A stretch of DNA of 64,000 nucleotides from the NCBI GenBank assembly GCA_026134085.1, contig JAOQIN010000005.1, positions 9,489 to 73,488 of the forward strand, written 5' to 3'. The first letter of the stretch is position 1. Every line of letters starts with the position of its first letter. This document shows, piece after piece, positions 19,888 to 30,167 of the stretch. The translations under genes were made by a program, and so were the position numbers. The notes under the pieces were generated by a model. That model saw only the letters and a program-made list of their open reading frames with translations. It was not told where the DNA came from and did not search any database. The stretch comes from Candidatus Methanoxibalbensis ujae. Lineage in GTDB: Archaea > Halobacteriota > Syntropharchaeia > Alkanophagales > Methanospirareceae.

Positions 19888-21075
19888 TCACTCATACCTG
19901 ACAGCTTCAACAGGGCTCATCCTCGCCGCTTTCAGTGCGGGGTATATTCCCGACACCACTCCCACGAGAAGCGCAACTGAGAAACCACCTATGAGGACTT
20001 CAGCACGAATAACTGGAGGAATCTCAACATCAAAAGCGGATTTAAGTGCTACACTCATCACATTCGCGCCAAAAACGCCCATCATCACGCCAGATATGCC
20101 GCCCAATACGCTTATAATTCCCGATTCAAAAAGGAAAAGCGATAGAATATCTGAATTCCGCGCACCTATGGCTTTCATCACGCCTATTTCATGAGTTCTC
20201 TCCATCACAGACATCAGCATTGTGTTCATAATGCCCGTTGAAGCGACAATGAGTGATATGGATGCTATTGCAAGCAGAACTGCGCGTATAATACTGAATA
20301 ATTCCTCAAGCTGTTTTATGAAACTTCCCATTGTGAGTGCTTGTGCGAAGTTTTCTGTCTTATGATTCTCATTTATTCGCTCCTCTATCTCGTCAGCTAT
20401 ATTTTCTGCATCTTCAATTCGTATTACTCTCGCAAATATTGTTGAGATTTCATTTCCTATTATCTGTTTTGCATCCCTCTCAGGTATGTATATCTGGGCA
20501 TCAACCTCCGATCTGAAGCCACCCTGTTTCTCAAGTATTCCGACCACCCTGAAAGTTGAGTCTTCTATTTTCAATCGGTCATTGACATTGATCTCGTGCT
20601 CGAAATAGTCTTTCGCGATAATGTGACCGATTGTGCATGTGTAATGGTCGCTCTCACGCAGTCCACGACCCTCCTCCTCATTGACGACATCACCGAAAAC
20701 AGCACTCGTCTCCCTTGGATCAATTCCTATCACCTCAACTATCCTGCGCTCACCGCGGAATTCAACAGTCTTCATCCCGCTTATCATCGCAGCAGCCTCA
20801 CGAACGCCACTTATGCGCTTTATGTCCCTGAGGTCCTGCTCTGTCAATTTGCCGAGCTCCATGTATCCCTTGCCCTGGACGAACTTTCCCGGCATCACAA
20901 TTATCGTGTCTGCAATTTCAGAGAGCTGTGCTGTCACCGCATACTCCAAGCCGAAGCCAACGCTCATCAGAGCCACGATCGCGGATATGCCCACAGCAAC
21001 GCCGAGAAGTGTCAGGAATGAGCGGGCCTTTCTCTCGCGCAGGTCGCGCCATGCAAGCGTGAATATATCACTCAT
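19888..21075 (-). CDS. MacB/FtsX-family ABC transporter permease
   Basis: RSFLTLLGVAVG, IMNTMLMSVMERTHEIGVMKAIGA, YPALKAARMSPVEAVRYE. Confidence 0.92.
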   Translation of the reverse strand: MSDIFTLAWRDLRERKARSFLTLLGVAVGISAIVALMSVGFGLEYAVTAQLSEIADTIIVMPGKFVQGKGYMELGKLTEQDLRDIKRISGVREAAAMISGMKTVEFRGERRIVEVIGIDPRETSAVFGDVVNEEEGRGLRESDHYTCTIGHIIAKDYFEHEINVNDRLKIEDSTFRVVGILEKQGGFRSEVDAQIYIPERDAKQIIGNEISTIFARVIRIEDAENIADEIEERINENHKTENFAQALTMGSFIKQLEELFSIIRAVLLAIASISLIVASTGIMNTMLMSVMERTHEIGVMKAIGARNSDILSLFLFESGIISVLGGISGVMMGVFGANVMSVALKSAFDVEIPPVIRAEVLIGGFSVALLVGVVSGIYPALKAARMSPVEAVRYE

Positions 21076-21078
21076 CCC

Positions 21079-22098
21079 TCACCGCAACTTTTCTGTCGTG
21101 CATATTTTCAGCATGTCTGAGAGCACTGCGCTCGCCGCCTCCTTGGGGCCTGCGCCTTTTCCCACGATTGTGATGTCGCCTGCGATGTCCGTCTTCACGG
21201 TTGCGACGTTCAGTGTTCCTCTCACATCAAGCGGGTCTCCTTTCAGGACGAGGCGGGGAGCAACTTCAAGGCGCTCCCTTGAAACCTCTCCGACGAGTTT
21301 TATGGTGTATCCAGCGTCGTCAGCGAGTTTAAGAGCTTCAGGCGTTATTTCAGAGATGCCCTGCACCGATACATCATCAAGCGATGCTTTCATGTGAAAC
21401 ACTGCGTTCGCAAGTATAACGAGTTTTACAGCTGTGTCCTCGCCTGATATATCCTGAGAGGGGTCGCTCTCCGCGATGCCGAGAGCCTGTGCCTCTCTGA
21501 GTGCATGCTCAAAGGGAATCTTTTCCTCATACATCCTCGTGAGTATGTAGTTACATGTGCCGTTTAGAACTCCCTTTATCGCAGTCACCTCGTTCCCCTC
21601 AAGGTTTTGTATGAGCGATATGAGAGGCATCGCACCGCCTACAGTGGCCTCAAATCTCAACTGAACTCCTTTCGCATCAGCAATATTCATGAGCTCATCA
21701 TATTTCAGCGCAACAGGACCTTTGTTTGATGTGACAACATGGCGAGATGCCCTCAGCGCAGCGATTATATGCGAGAGTCCGGGCTCTCCGCTCTTCAAAT
21801 TTGTTGGCGTCGCCTCAACGACTATATCGTGCTCCACATCCTCTATGAGCTCAAGAGCACTCATATCCGTGTTTCTTGATATGCTGTGCCTCTCCCTGAA
21901 CGAACGAAGTATGTCCCATTTAATTCCGTCCTCTGAGACAAAAACACCCTTCGCATCCGCAACTCCGACAACACGAAAATCAATACCATATTCACGAATA
22001 AAAGCCTCCCTCCTCCTCATCAAAACCTCAGCAACACAGCCGCCCACATTTCCAAAGCCTATTATCGTTATCCTGACCACCTTTCCAGACTGACGCAC
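21079..22098 (-). CDS. hom: Homoserine dehydrogenase
   Basis: IIGFGNVG, VVTSNKGP, FEATVGGAMP, GVLNGTCNYILTRM, GKGAG. Confidence 0.95.
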   Translation of the reverse strand: MRQSGKVVRITIIGFGNVGGCVAEVLMRRREAFIREYGIDFRVVGVADAKGVFVSEDGIKWDILRSFRERHSISRNTDMSALELIEDVEHDIVVEATPTNLKSGEPGLSHIIAALRASRHVVTSNKGPVALKYDELMNIADAKGVQLRFEATVGGAMPLISLIQNLEGNEVTAIKGVLNGTCNYILTRMYEEKIPFEHALREAQALGIAESDPSQDISGEDTAVKLVILANAVFHMKASLDDVSVQGISEITPEALKLADDAGYTIKLVGEVSRERLEVAPRLVLKGDPLDVRGTLNVATVKTDIAGDITIVGKGAGPKEAASAVLSDMLKICTTEKLR

Positions 22099-22112
22099 AC
22101 AGCATCACCCCG

Positions 22113-22613
22113 TCAGATGGGAGATATCATCATGATACCCTTTTTGCGGGCAACATCTCCCAATATCTCCATTGCCTCATTCAGCTTATCTTCATTTACA
22201 GCACTTATTGTGAGAGATGCAGATGATTTCATATCAATTGCTGGCATTTCAAGTGAAAGTTTGACAACTTCTGCAAATCCTGTGCTGTCTATGCTGTCTA
22301 TCAGATCCCGTATGTCAGAATGAACTATATGACCTATGAGAATGACAATCTTGGACGACCTCAGGCGCTCTCTGCCGACGCGCAGCACACTCACACCTCT
22401 CCTCTTCAAACGCTGCACGAGAGTTTCAACATTTCTCTCGTCTATCTCAAACACAACCTGCACCGGTATATTGCCAAGCGGTGTCTTGCGGTTGTGATGA
22501 TGTAGCACACTTATTATGTTGCCTCCCAACTCCGAAATGGGCTTCAACGCATGCACAAGCTGACCGGGAATGTCTTTCAGCTCAATATCAAGCGATATTT
22601 TCATGGCTCTCAT
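22113..22613 (-). CDS. ACT-domain protein (partner of archaeal homoserine dehydrogenase)
   Basis: LDIELKDIPGQL..GGNIISVLH, ILIGHIVHSDIRD; adjacent to hom. Confidence 0.85.
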   Translation of the reverse strand: MRAMKISLDIELKDIPGQLVHALKPISELGGNIISVLHHHNRKTPLGNIPVQVVFEIDERNVETLVQRLKRRGVSVLRVGRERLRSSKIVILIGHIVHSDIRDLIDSIDSTGFAEVVKLSLEMPAIDMKSSASLTISAVNEDKLNEAMEILGDVARKKGIMMISPI

Positions 22614-22763
22614 ATCACTGTCACTGCTGCTCACAGAACAACCCCTCCGCCGCTTTTCCTGCGAAAGCATTGACGACAAAAAGATATTGCCACATCTCAT
22701 ATTTTTTGTTGTGCCCACCTCACACTCATCTCACACTTCAACTCGCGGAGGATCGGGAGGAGG

Positions 22764-25313
22764 ATGAAGAAAATGCGCAAGGAGGGTTTTCTGATTGATG
22801 TGGATTACATAACCGTGCATGAAAACGGGAAAAAAAGAGCATTGGTCAGGTTATGGTGCAAAAGTGATTCTGGAGAGGATTTTGTCATATTTGACAAAAC
22901 ATTTGAACCATATTTCTATGTGTTCCCGCGCATTTATTTTGAAGATGCGAGAGAAGAGGTTGCACACGCGGATATTTTGAGGAAGAAGGAGATTGTTGAA
23001 CACATATGTGTGAGGAAAGGAGCAGATGTGATAAAGGCAAAGCGTGTTGAGATATGTCATCGCAGAATTTTCGGTGTCCTCAGGGAGGGATTGCGAGTCA
23101 TTGCGGAGTATCCGAAAGATGTGCCTGTGTTGCGTGAAGCCGTAAATGAGGACGTCGTCGCACTTGAGGCGGATATATTGTATGTGATAAGATACATGAT
23201 AGACAGAGATATCAGGCCGTTTGAACGCATAACCGCCGAATGCACAGCTTCATATGGCGGCTTAATCGCATCTGAAATCTCTCAGATGGGTGAGAGAGCG
23301 CTTCCTCCTCTTCGCATCCTCGCGTTTGACTGCGAGATGGCTGCTCCACATGGCAGAATGCCTTCCCCAAAACATGACAGCATCATCATAATATCATGCG
23401 CTTTCAAAGTGTCAGAAAGCGGAATTGAAGGCGGTGAAATTCAAAATAAACTGTTTACAGCAGGAGAAAAAGAAGATGATAGGCGCATAATATCTGAATT
23501 TGTTGAATTTGTCAAAGAATTTCGCCCTGATATAATCGTGGGATACAACATTGATGCGTTTGACTGGGTTTATTTGAGGGAAAGAGCGCGCATACATGGC
23601 ATAAAACTGGATATAGGAAAGGATGGCAGCGAGTTGAGGATTGAGAGGAGCGCTTCGGGCGCTGTGTATGATGTGGACATAGCGGGCATTCTGAATGTTG
23701 ATCTGTATAAGATCGCGAGGCGTGATCTCGTTGATGTGAAGGTGAAGACCCTTGAAAATGTTGCGGCGTATCTCGGTGTTATGCGAAAGGAGGACAGGGA
23801 GCATCTGAAGCCCGCCGAGATCTATGATATATGGACTGCGGGGGACGGGCGTGAGAGACTTTTCGCGTATGCGACTGCTGATGCCCTCTCAGCACTGAAA
23901 ATCGCGGAGAAGCTTCTTCCATTGCAGATTGAGCTCTCAAGAATGCTTCGCCATCCGCTTGACCTCGTCGTCAAAATGGGCAGGGGTAGTCAGGTGGAGG
24001 CGTTGCTGACTGCCGAAGCGTTCAAAAGGGGGGAGGTGATTCCGCCAAAGCGCTCTGAAAACAGGACATACGAGGGTGCATTCGTCCTTCCTCCTGTGAG
24101 AGGACTGCATGAGAATGTTGTGTCGCTTGACTTCTCGTCAATGTATCCCTCAATAATGGTCGCCTTCAACATATCACCAGACACATTTGTGCCGCCTGAT
24201 GAGGTGAAGAATGTGCGAGATGTGTTCATCGCACCTGAGGTCAATCACGCATTCAGAAAAAATCCAGATGGCTTCTTCAAGCAAATACTGAGAGATCTCA
24301 TGAATCGCCGTCGTGAGATAAAAAGGCGTATGGCTTCTGTCTCATCTCCTGAGGAATATCGCATGCTTGATGTGCAGCAGCAGTGCATAAAAATACTGAC
24401 AAACGCATTCTACGGATACTCTGCCTGGAGTGGCGCTCATTTCTACAGGCGAGAATGCGCAGAGGCGACAACAGCATGGGGAAGGGCAATCATAAAAAGG
24501 GCAATAGAAATTGCGGAAAACATGGGTTTCAATGTCATATACGGCGATACCGATAGCATATTCGTGAAATTGACAGATCGTCTCAAAGAGAAAACAATTG
24601 AGATGGCAAAAAGGCTCTCAGCTGAAATTTCTCATGAGTTCCCCCTTGATCTTGAGATAAAGGATTTCTTCAAAGTCATATTCTTCACAGGAAAGAAAAA
24701 GAGATACGCCGCACTGACAGAGAGCGGCGATATAATAGTGAGAGGGCTTGAGGTCCGCCGTGGTGACTGGTGTGAGCTCGCGAAGGAAGTGCAGTCAAAG
24801 GTGATAGAAATAATATTAAAACGCAGAAATGTTGAAGAAGCTGCAAATTATGTGAAGGATGTCATAAAAAAATTGATAGCTGGCGAGATTCAGATCGAAA
24901 AACTCGCAATCTATAAAACATTAACCAAGCAGATAAGCAGATATGAATCCGAACAGGCGCATGTGGCTGCTGCAAAACTTGCAAAAAAGCACAATTTTAT
25001 CTATGAAACCGGCTCAAAAATACCTTATGTGATCGTTGAGGAGATGACAGATGAGAGAGCAGATGGGAGAGGAATTGGCGGCAGAAGGAAGGGTGGCGGA
25101 AGGACGAGTGATCGTGCGTTTCCAATAGAGATAGCAGCGGAAATAAGAGGTAACAGGATAATACTTGCTGATGGAAGCGTGTTTCACCTGGACACAGATT
25201 ATTATGTGCGCCGGCAGATAATACCTGCTGTTATGCGAGTTCTTCAGGTTTTCGGATATGATCATTCATATTTTGAGCATTCGGCACAGGAAAATTTGAG
25301 CAGATGGATGTGA
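22764..25313 (+). CDS. polB: Family B DNA polymerase
   Basis: AFDCE and GYNIDAFD (exonuclease); DFSSMYPS, KILTNAFYGY, YGDTDS, KKRYA; no intein. Confidence 0.97.
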   Translation: MKKMRKEGFLIDVDYITVHENGKKRALVRLWCKSDSGEDFVIFDKTFEPYFYVFPRIYFEDAREEVAHADILRKKEIVEHICVRKGADVIKAKRVEICHRRIFGVLREGLRVIAEYPKDVPVLREAVNEDVVALEADILYVIRYMIDRDIRPFERITAECTASYGGLIASEISQMGERALPPLRILAFDCEMAAPHGRMPSPKHDSIIIISCAFKVSESGIEGGEIQNKLFTAGEKEDDRRIISEFVEFVKEFRPDIIVGYNIDAFDWVYLRERARIHGIKLDIGKDGSELRIERSASGAVYDVDIAGILNVDLYKIARRDLVDVKVKTLENVAAYLGVMRKEDREHLKPAEIYDIWTAGDGRERLFAYATADALSALKIAEKLLPLQIELSRMLRHPLDLVVKMGRGSQVEALLTAEAFKRGEVIPPKRSENRTYEGAFVLPPVRGLHENVVSLDFSSMYPSIMVAFNISPDTFVPPDEVKNVRDVFIAPEVNHAFRKNPDGFFKQILRDLMNRRREIKRRMASVSSPEEYRMLDVQQQCIKILTNAFYGYSAWSGAHFYRRECAEATTAWGRAIIKRAIEIAENMGFNVIYGDTDSIFVKLTDRLKEKTIEMAKRLSAEISHEFPLDLEIKDFFKVIFFTGKKKRYAALTESGDIIVRGLEVRRGDWCELAKEVQSKVIEIILKRRNVEEAANYVKDVIKKLIAGEIQIEKLAIYKTLTKQISRYESEQAHVAAAKLAKKHNFIYETGSKIPYVIVEEMTDERADGRGIGGRRKGGGRTSDRAFPIEIAAEIRGNRIILADGSVFHLDTDYYVRRQIIPAVMRVLQVFGYDHSYFEHSAQENLSRWM

Positions 25314-25335
25314 TGCGCTCAGAAAGTCCAGAGCA

Positions 25336-25353
25336 CCGAAAAGCTTTTATATA
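25336..25353 (+). promoter_or_regulatory. BRE-TATA promoter of the histone gene
   Basis: CCGAAAAG-C-TTTTATATA about 30 bp upstream of the ATG. Confidence 0.7.
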
Positions 25354-25383
25354 GCGAAAATACACTCTGATTTGGTGCTGGAA

Positions 25384-25596
25384 ATGGCGGAACTGCCAAT
25401 TGCGCCTGTCACAAGGATAATTAGAAACGCCGGCGCGGAGAGAGTGAGCGAGGACGCAAGCACAACACTCGTTGAGATCATTGAGGAATACGCGAGAAAA
25501 GTTGCTGAAGAGGCTGTCAGTCTCGCAAAACACTCAGGAAGAAAGACTGTGAAAAAAGAAGACATAATTGAAGCGAAAAACAAAGTGCGGATATGA
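25384..25596 (+). CDS. Archaeal histone (HMf family)
   Basis: MAELPIAPVTRIIRNAGAERVSEDA...AKHSGRKTVKKEDI. Confidence 0.96.
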   Translation: MAELPIAPVTRIIRNAGAERVSEDASTTLVEIIEEYARKVAEEAVSLAKHSGRKTVKKEDIIEAKNKVRI

Positions 25597-25770
25597 ATTC
25601 TCCCATTTCATTTTTTTCCCTCAATTCCCCTCAATTTCTTTTTTGATTTGATTTTTTGAAATGAGAGACATCGCATTTATCGCAATTGCTCAATGTGTTC
25701 TTATGACATATGTCATTGGTACATCAACATTTTATATGTTGTGAAGTTGAATAGGGAATTGATGGAATTG

Positions 25771-26274
25771 ATGAAGAGGATCAGCGTCCTGATTGTGCTT
25801 GCGATGGTGGCAATTACAGTGGCGGTGTTCGTGAGCACGGTGGCAGCACAGGAGGAGGAAGAGGACCCATTCAAGATCTACGGATACATCACTGACGCAA
25901 ATGGTAATCCACTGCAGGGATACGAGGTCATAATAAAGAAACAGCATAACTTGTTGGGAAAAGAAGTGTGGCGTGAATTAAAAGGTTGGCCTGGATACAT
26001 GAACATCACAAATGAATCCGGATATTACAGCACAGGCTGGTGTTATCCGCTGCTCCAAGGATATGGAGTGCCATGGGACAATTATCGCATGTATATAAAT
26101 GGTGAGCTTGTAGATGAGCGTTATATAGGTATAAAAGATTGGGAAATGAGCGGAATTTTTTTCTGGAAATATCAATGGAACTATGAAATCCCGGAGTTCA
26201 CGACCATTGCAGTGCCAATTGCTGCAATTTTCGGTCTTATACTGCTATTCAACCATCGCAAGCATAGAATATAA
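25771..26274 (+). CDS. Surface protein with PEF-CTERM sorting signal
   Basis: Signal peptide, IYGYITDANGNPL domain, C-terminal EIPEFTTIAVPIAAIFGLILLFNHRKHRI. Confidence 0.85.
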   Translation: MKRISVLIVLAMVAITVAVFVSTVAAQEEEEDPFKIYGYITDANGNPLQGYEVIIKKQHNLLGKEVWRELKGWPGYMNITNESGYYSTGWCYPLLQGYGVPWDNYRMYINGELVDERYIGIKDWEMSGIFFWKYQWNYEIPEFTTIAVPIAAIFGLILLFNHRKHRI

Positions 26275-26416
26275 TACCTCTTCTATCCTCTTAATTTTTT
26301 TTTCTCGGGCTGCTTTTGTTGAGCAGATTTCATCATGTTCCCGGGCCTCTCAGCTGTGACTCTTTGACTCAGGAGAACGCCATCTCATCCTCCTCCGCTG
26401 CGTCTGCGTGGTTTTA

Positions 26417-28900
26417 TTATCTGCCGACTGCGAGGAACACTTCGCTGCCTGTGGCGCTGCCAGCGCAATCAATCTCAAATTTTATGTTTGCAGGCACTAT
26501 TGCAGATTCACCTGATTGCAGTGAGACCTCTTCCGACTCTGATCGCACTTTAACAGAACCTGAAATGCATGTGATTATGCATATTTTCTCCTCAAACGCT
26601 ATGGCATTGCGGACTTTCACCATTTTCAGCACGAATTTCTCGCTTTCAACAAGCAGATACTCCTCACTTTCACCTGCTTTGCGCAGTAAGACTGGCCTTT
26701 CCTTCCTTTCATATTTCTCAAATTTCAAAACATTTATCGCATCATCCACATGCAGTTCACGACCTCTTCCGTAGTCATAAATTCTGAATGTCCTTTCAGA
26801 TGCGCTGCTGATTTCATAAACCTTTGTGCCGCCGCCGAGTGCATGAATGGTGCCCGCTGGAATATGAAAGACATCGCCGCGTTTTGCATCGTACTCATTG
26901 AGATGAGACAGAATTTCGCCTGTGCGAATCGCTCTTTCAAATGACTCCCTGTTCTCATTGCGGTTGAATCCGACAAAAATCTTCGCATCTTCAGATGACT
27001 CAATTACAACCCACGCCTCATCTTTCCCGAAATCACCTGTGCGTCTTGCGTACTCATCGTCGGGATGCACCTGCACGGAGAGGTTTTCATCTGCTTTTAT
27101 TATCTTTGCGATAAGAGGAAACCTGCCACTGTCATTTCCGAATGATTCAAACAGATATGCGAGCTCCTCAATCCTCATGCGGAACCTGCAATCATCAACT
27201 TCGATCTCACATGTGTTTCTTGGAGATGCGCACCACAGCTCATATCCCCATGGCTTTTCCTCTATGAAATGCTCAACTTTGAGTGGTTTGTTCACAGATC
27301 TGAGTTTTTCACGCAGAAAATCTCGCAATCCTTTGTTTATGCATTCTTTTCCGAGCGAATCGCCACGAAGTGCCATTTTGAGAAGTGGTATGCTCGTTCT
27401 TTTGTCTTCAAAAAGTCTGTTAAGAGCATCAGCGTCTCCCGCAGCAGCGGCACGCGCAACTTCAACAATGCGCCTTCGCATATCTCTCATATCATAAAGC
27501 GATACGCCCTTCATCATTTCCGCAACCTCACGAAGCGAGAATGTGTTTCTCAGTATCCTTGAGTGCCACCATCTCTCTTTGGGCAATGCTGTTTCGTCGC
27601 CTATTCCCATTTCAAGCCTTATCCTGCCCTCTTCGGGATGAAAGACATCCGCAACAATTTTGCCTCTTATGCGCATTGAGCTGTGATCAACAACACCGTA
27701 TATGACGCTGTCCTCAGCAACGACATCGTTAATCACCGCGTTCAACATGCATGTCCTCATCAGACGCGCATGCGATGCCTCCGCATTTGATACAACACTT
27801 CTCACAAGAGATCCGCTGCGTATGTTCGCATTCACAAGCACACAATCCTCAACATCGGCGCCTGCTCCTCCTGCTGCGGCACATCCTGCTGTGGCACATT
27901 CAACACCTAGAAAATTCCTCAACCGGGAACTCTCAATAAGAAGCATCAGACTCTCATAATAACTGCGGTTCGTCCCGAAATCAAGCCAAACTGTGTGATC
28001 GCTCAACGGAAAACTGCTTATAAGTGAGATGTCCTCACGGTTCCACTCCTCACAACGACGCCTGAAAATCTCCTCTGCACGCTCTCTCAGCCATTCATTT
28101 CCAGCGCTCGCAGCCATTCGCCGCGATGATAGACAGACAAGCATCTGCCAGAGCTCATCTGAGTTGAATTTACCCGCCCTGCGACGGAGTTCATCGCTGA
28201 AAACATCTCTCATGCATGATGCAATCGTGCCGCTCATCATGAATATGCCCATGTTCACAAGCGCTTCTCCACCCATGCGCTCAATTTTCCGACGCACAAC
28301 ATCATAATCGCGGGAATCGTCAAAATCCACAATGTCACACAGCTTTTCTTCAGAACTCACCCTGGAGCTCGACCTCACCATCTGAATTCCATATTTTCTC
28401 ACAGTATCTTCGGTGATCTCCTTCTTGAGGCCGAAAAGCAGGACATGCGTTTTCAGCGCGCTCCTTCGAACATCCTCAGGAGAATCCTCAATGAAGATGA
28501 ACTGGTCGCCCCACACAACGAAAATGCGCGAACCCACTGAAAAATTCTCAAACTGCGCGATCACGCCGTCAAGTATTCTCATGCTCCCTGAGGCGGCAGG
28601 CACATCAATGAAAGCCTTGCACTTGCAGGCCCTCGTCAGCAGATTCCTCGTGCCTTCCCCAGCCGTGTGCACGACAAGAACACTCTTACCCCGCTCCCTG
28701 ACCTCCTCCGTAAGGTCATCACCTGTTTTTTGAGATGCGTTTTCAAGCGCAAAAAGCGTTCCCAAACCGTTCCCCGCAGCTCCATTCCACCCACTTTCGG
28801 AGACCACAACAAACTCCGCACTCCCCGCATCCGGAGGATGACGCTCCAACTCACGAACATCCTCTTCATCAGAGACAACAACCACAACATAATCATACAT
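26417..28900 (-). CDS. Fusion of a sugar-1-phosphate nucleotidyltransferase-like domain, beta-helix-like repeats and a type I mannose-6-phosphate isomerase cupin
   Basis: GNGLGTL, HTAGEGTR, WGDQ, WLDFGT; C-terminal EKPWG, FPLIAKII..LSVQVHPDD, KDEAW, IPAGTIHA, TFRIYDYGR. Confidence 0.75.
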   Translation of the reverse strand: MYDYVVVVVSDEEDVRELERHPPDAGSAEFVVVSESGWNGAAGNGLGTLFALENASQKTGDDLTEEVRERGKSVLVVHTAGEGTRNLLTRACKCKAFIDVPAASGSMRILDGVIAQFENFSVGSRIFVVWGDQFIFIEDSPEDVRRSALKTHVLLFGLKKEITEDTVRKYGIQMVRSSSRVSSEEKLCDIVDFDDSRDYDVVRRKIERMGGEALVNMGIFMMSGTIASCMRDVFSDELRRRAGKFNSDELWQMLVCLSSRRMAASAGNEWLRERAEEIFRRRCEEWNREDISLISSFPLSDHTVWLDFGTNRSYYESLMLLIESSRLRNFLGVECATAGCAAAGGAGADVEDCVLVNANIRSGSLVRSVVSNAEASHARLMRTCMLNAVINDVVAEDSVIYGVVDHSSMRIRGKIVADVFHPEEGRIRLEMGIGDETALPKERWWHSRILRNTFSLREVAEMMKGVSLYDMRDMRRRIVEVARAAAAGDADALNRLFEDKRTSIPLLKMALRGDSLGKECINKGLRDFLREKLRSVNKPLKVEHFIEEKPWGYELWCASPRNTCEIEVDDCRFRMRIEELAYLFESFGNDSGRFPLIAKIIKADENLSVQVHPDDEYARRTGDFGKDEAWVVIESSEDAKIFVGFNRNENRESFERAIRTGEILSHLNEYDAKRGDVFHIPAGTIHALGGGTKVYEISSASERTFRIYDYGRGRELHVDDAINVLKFEKYERKERPVLLRKAGESEEYLLVESEKFVLKMVKVRNAIAFEEKICIITCISGSVKVRSESEEVSLQSGESAIVPANIKFEIDCAGSATGSEVFLAVGR

Positions 28901-28928
28901 GCATCATCACCATCGAACTTCGCCATGC

Positions 28929-30041
28929 TCATTTCCATCGCTCAATGGTCCTCAAAATATTGTCAAAAAATATCTTTTCCGTGTCTTCAGGACCCGGATT
29001 TGCCTCTGGATGATACTGAACGCAGTAAATTCCGAGATATTCATCCTCAAATCCCTCAACCGTGCCATCATTTGCGTTGAACTGTGTCAGCTCAACTATG
29101 CCATCTGCAGAATTCTCGTCAACAGCGAATCCATGATTCTGAGAAGTTATGAATACTTTCCCCCTTTTCACATCCTTAACCGGCTGATTTGCGCCACGAT
29201 GACCGAACTTCATCTTGAAGGTATTGCATCCAAGTGCCAGGGCCGTTATCTGATGACCGAGGCATATTCCGAAAATAGGTATTTTTCCGGTGAAATGTCG
29301 CACGATTTCCATGACATTTCTCGCGATTTTTGGGTCTCCAGGACCATTTGAAACGAGCAAAGCATCAGGCTCGCAGCTCTCAACAGATGAAATTGAGGAA
29401 TGTGCTGGAAAAACAAATATTTCAAAATTCCTGCGGCTCAGCGATCGCAGTATGCCTCTCTTCACACCGCAGTCTATCAGTGCAATCCTGCCCGCATCTG
29501 CCGAGCCACGGATCATATACGGTCTCTCGCATGTGACCTTGCTTATAAGGTCAACTGAAGATATGTCAGGCTGCGACCTCGCCAGCTCAATATATGCCTC
29601 CACATCATCACGCCAATCCTCACGCCCAAAATCGATGCCGACATCATAAACGATGCACGCCTTCATTGTTCCAAACTCTCTTATCCTGCGTGTGAGCATT
29701 CTCGTATCAACCTCACAGATGCCTGGAATGCGCTCATCTCTGAGAAATTCCTCTATGCTCCGCTTGCTCCTGTAATGAAAGTGCGAATCAAAGCGTTCCC
29801 TCACAACAAAACCCTCAACCTGTATGCCATCTGACTGAAACCTATCTCCGCTGACACCGTAATTTCCGATGAGAGGGTATGTGAGCATGAGTATCTGCCC
29901 TTTATAGGAAGGATCTGTTAGCATTTCTTCATAGCCCGTAAAAGAAGTTGCAAACACAAGCTCGCCCAAAGCGATGCCCGGGTGTCCGAACCCCTCTCCA
30001 CGAACAACTGTCCCGTCATCAAGTGCGAGAATCGCTTGCAT
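28929..30041 (-). CDS. carA: Carbamoyl-phosphate synthase small subunit
   Basis: TDPSYKGQ, YPLIGNYG, SNGPGDP, GICLGHQ, FGHRGANQPV, QYHPE. Confidence 0.97.
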   Translation of the reverse strand: MQAILALDDGTVVRGEGFGHPGIALGELVFATSFTGYEEMLTDPSYKGQILMLTYPLIGNYGVSGDRFQSDGIQVEGFVVRERFDSHFHYRSKRSIEEFLRDERIPGICEVDTRMLTRRIREFGTMKACIVYDVGIDFGREDWRDDVEAYIELARSQPDISSVDLISKVTCERPYMIRGSADAGRIALIDCGVKRGILRSLSRRNFEIFVFPAHSSISSVESCEPDALLVSNGPGDPKIARNVMEIVRHFTGKIPIFGICLGHQITALALGCNTFKMKFGHRGANQPVKDVKRGKVFITSQNHGFAVDENSADGIVELTQFNANDGTVEGFEDEYLGIYCVQYHPEANPGPEDTEKIFFDNILRTIERWK

Positions 30042-30086
30042 TATCTTTTGTTCTCCCTCTCAATAAATAAACTCGCGTCGCCAAAC

Positions 30087-30166
30087 CAAGCGTCGTCAAG
30101 CGTTGCCAAGCGTTGTCAAGTGTCACCAAGCGTCACCAAGCATCACCAAGCATCACCAAGTGTCGC
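30087..30166 (+). repeat. Tandem repeat, 8 x 10 bp (CAAGYRTYRY)
   Basis: caagcgtcgt caagcgttgc caagcgttgt caagtgtcac caagcgtcac caagcatcac caagcatcac caagtgtcgc. Confidence 0.9.
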
Positions 30167-30167
30167 C

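Noticed and set aside
22764..25313. Intein or inactivated PolB
   Set aside because: Length is ordinary and all catalytic motifs are contiguous and intact
26320..26395. Fluoride riboswitch-like or C/D sRNA-like sequence on the minus strand (GAGATGGCGTTCTCC...GCTGA)
   Set aside because: The 3' pseudoknot element does not match, it lies downstream of a gene rather than in a leader, and the C box is weak
30087..30166. Repeat arrays here and at 63171 as CRISPR
   Set aside because: The units are 10 bp and contiguous with no spacers; no cas genes are in the window
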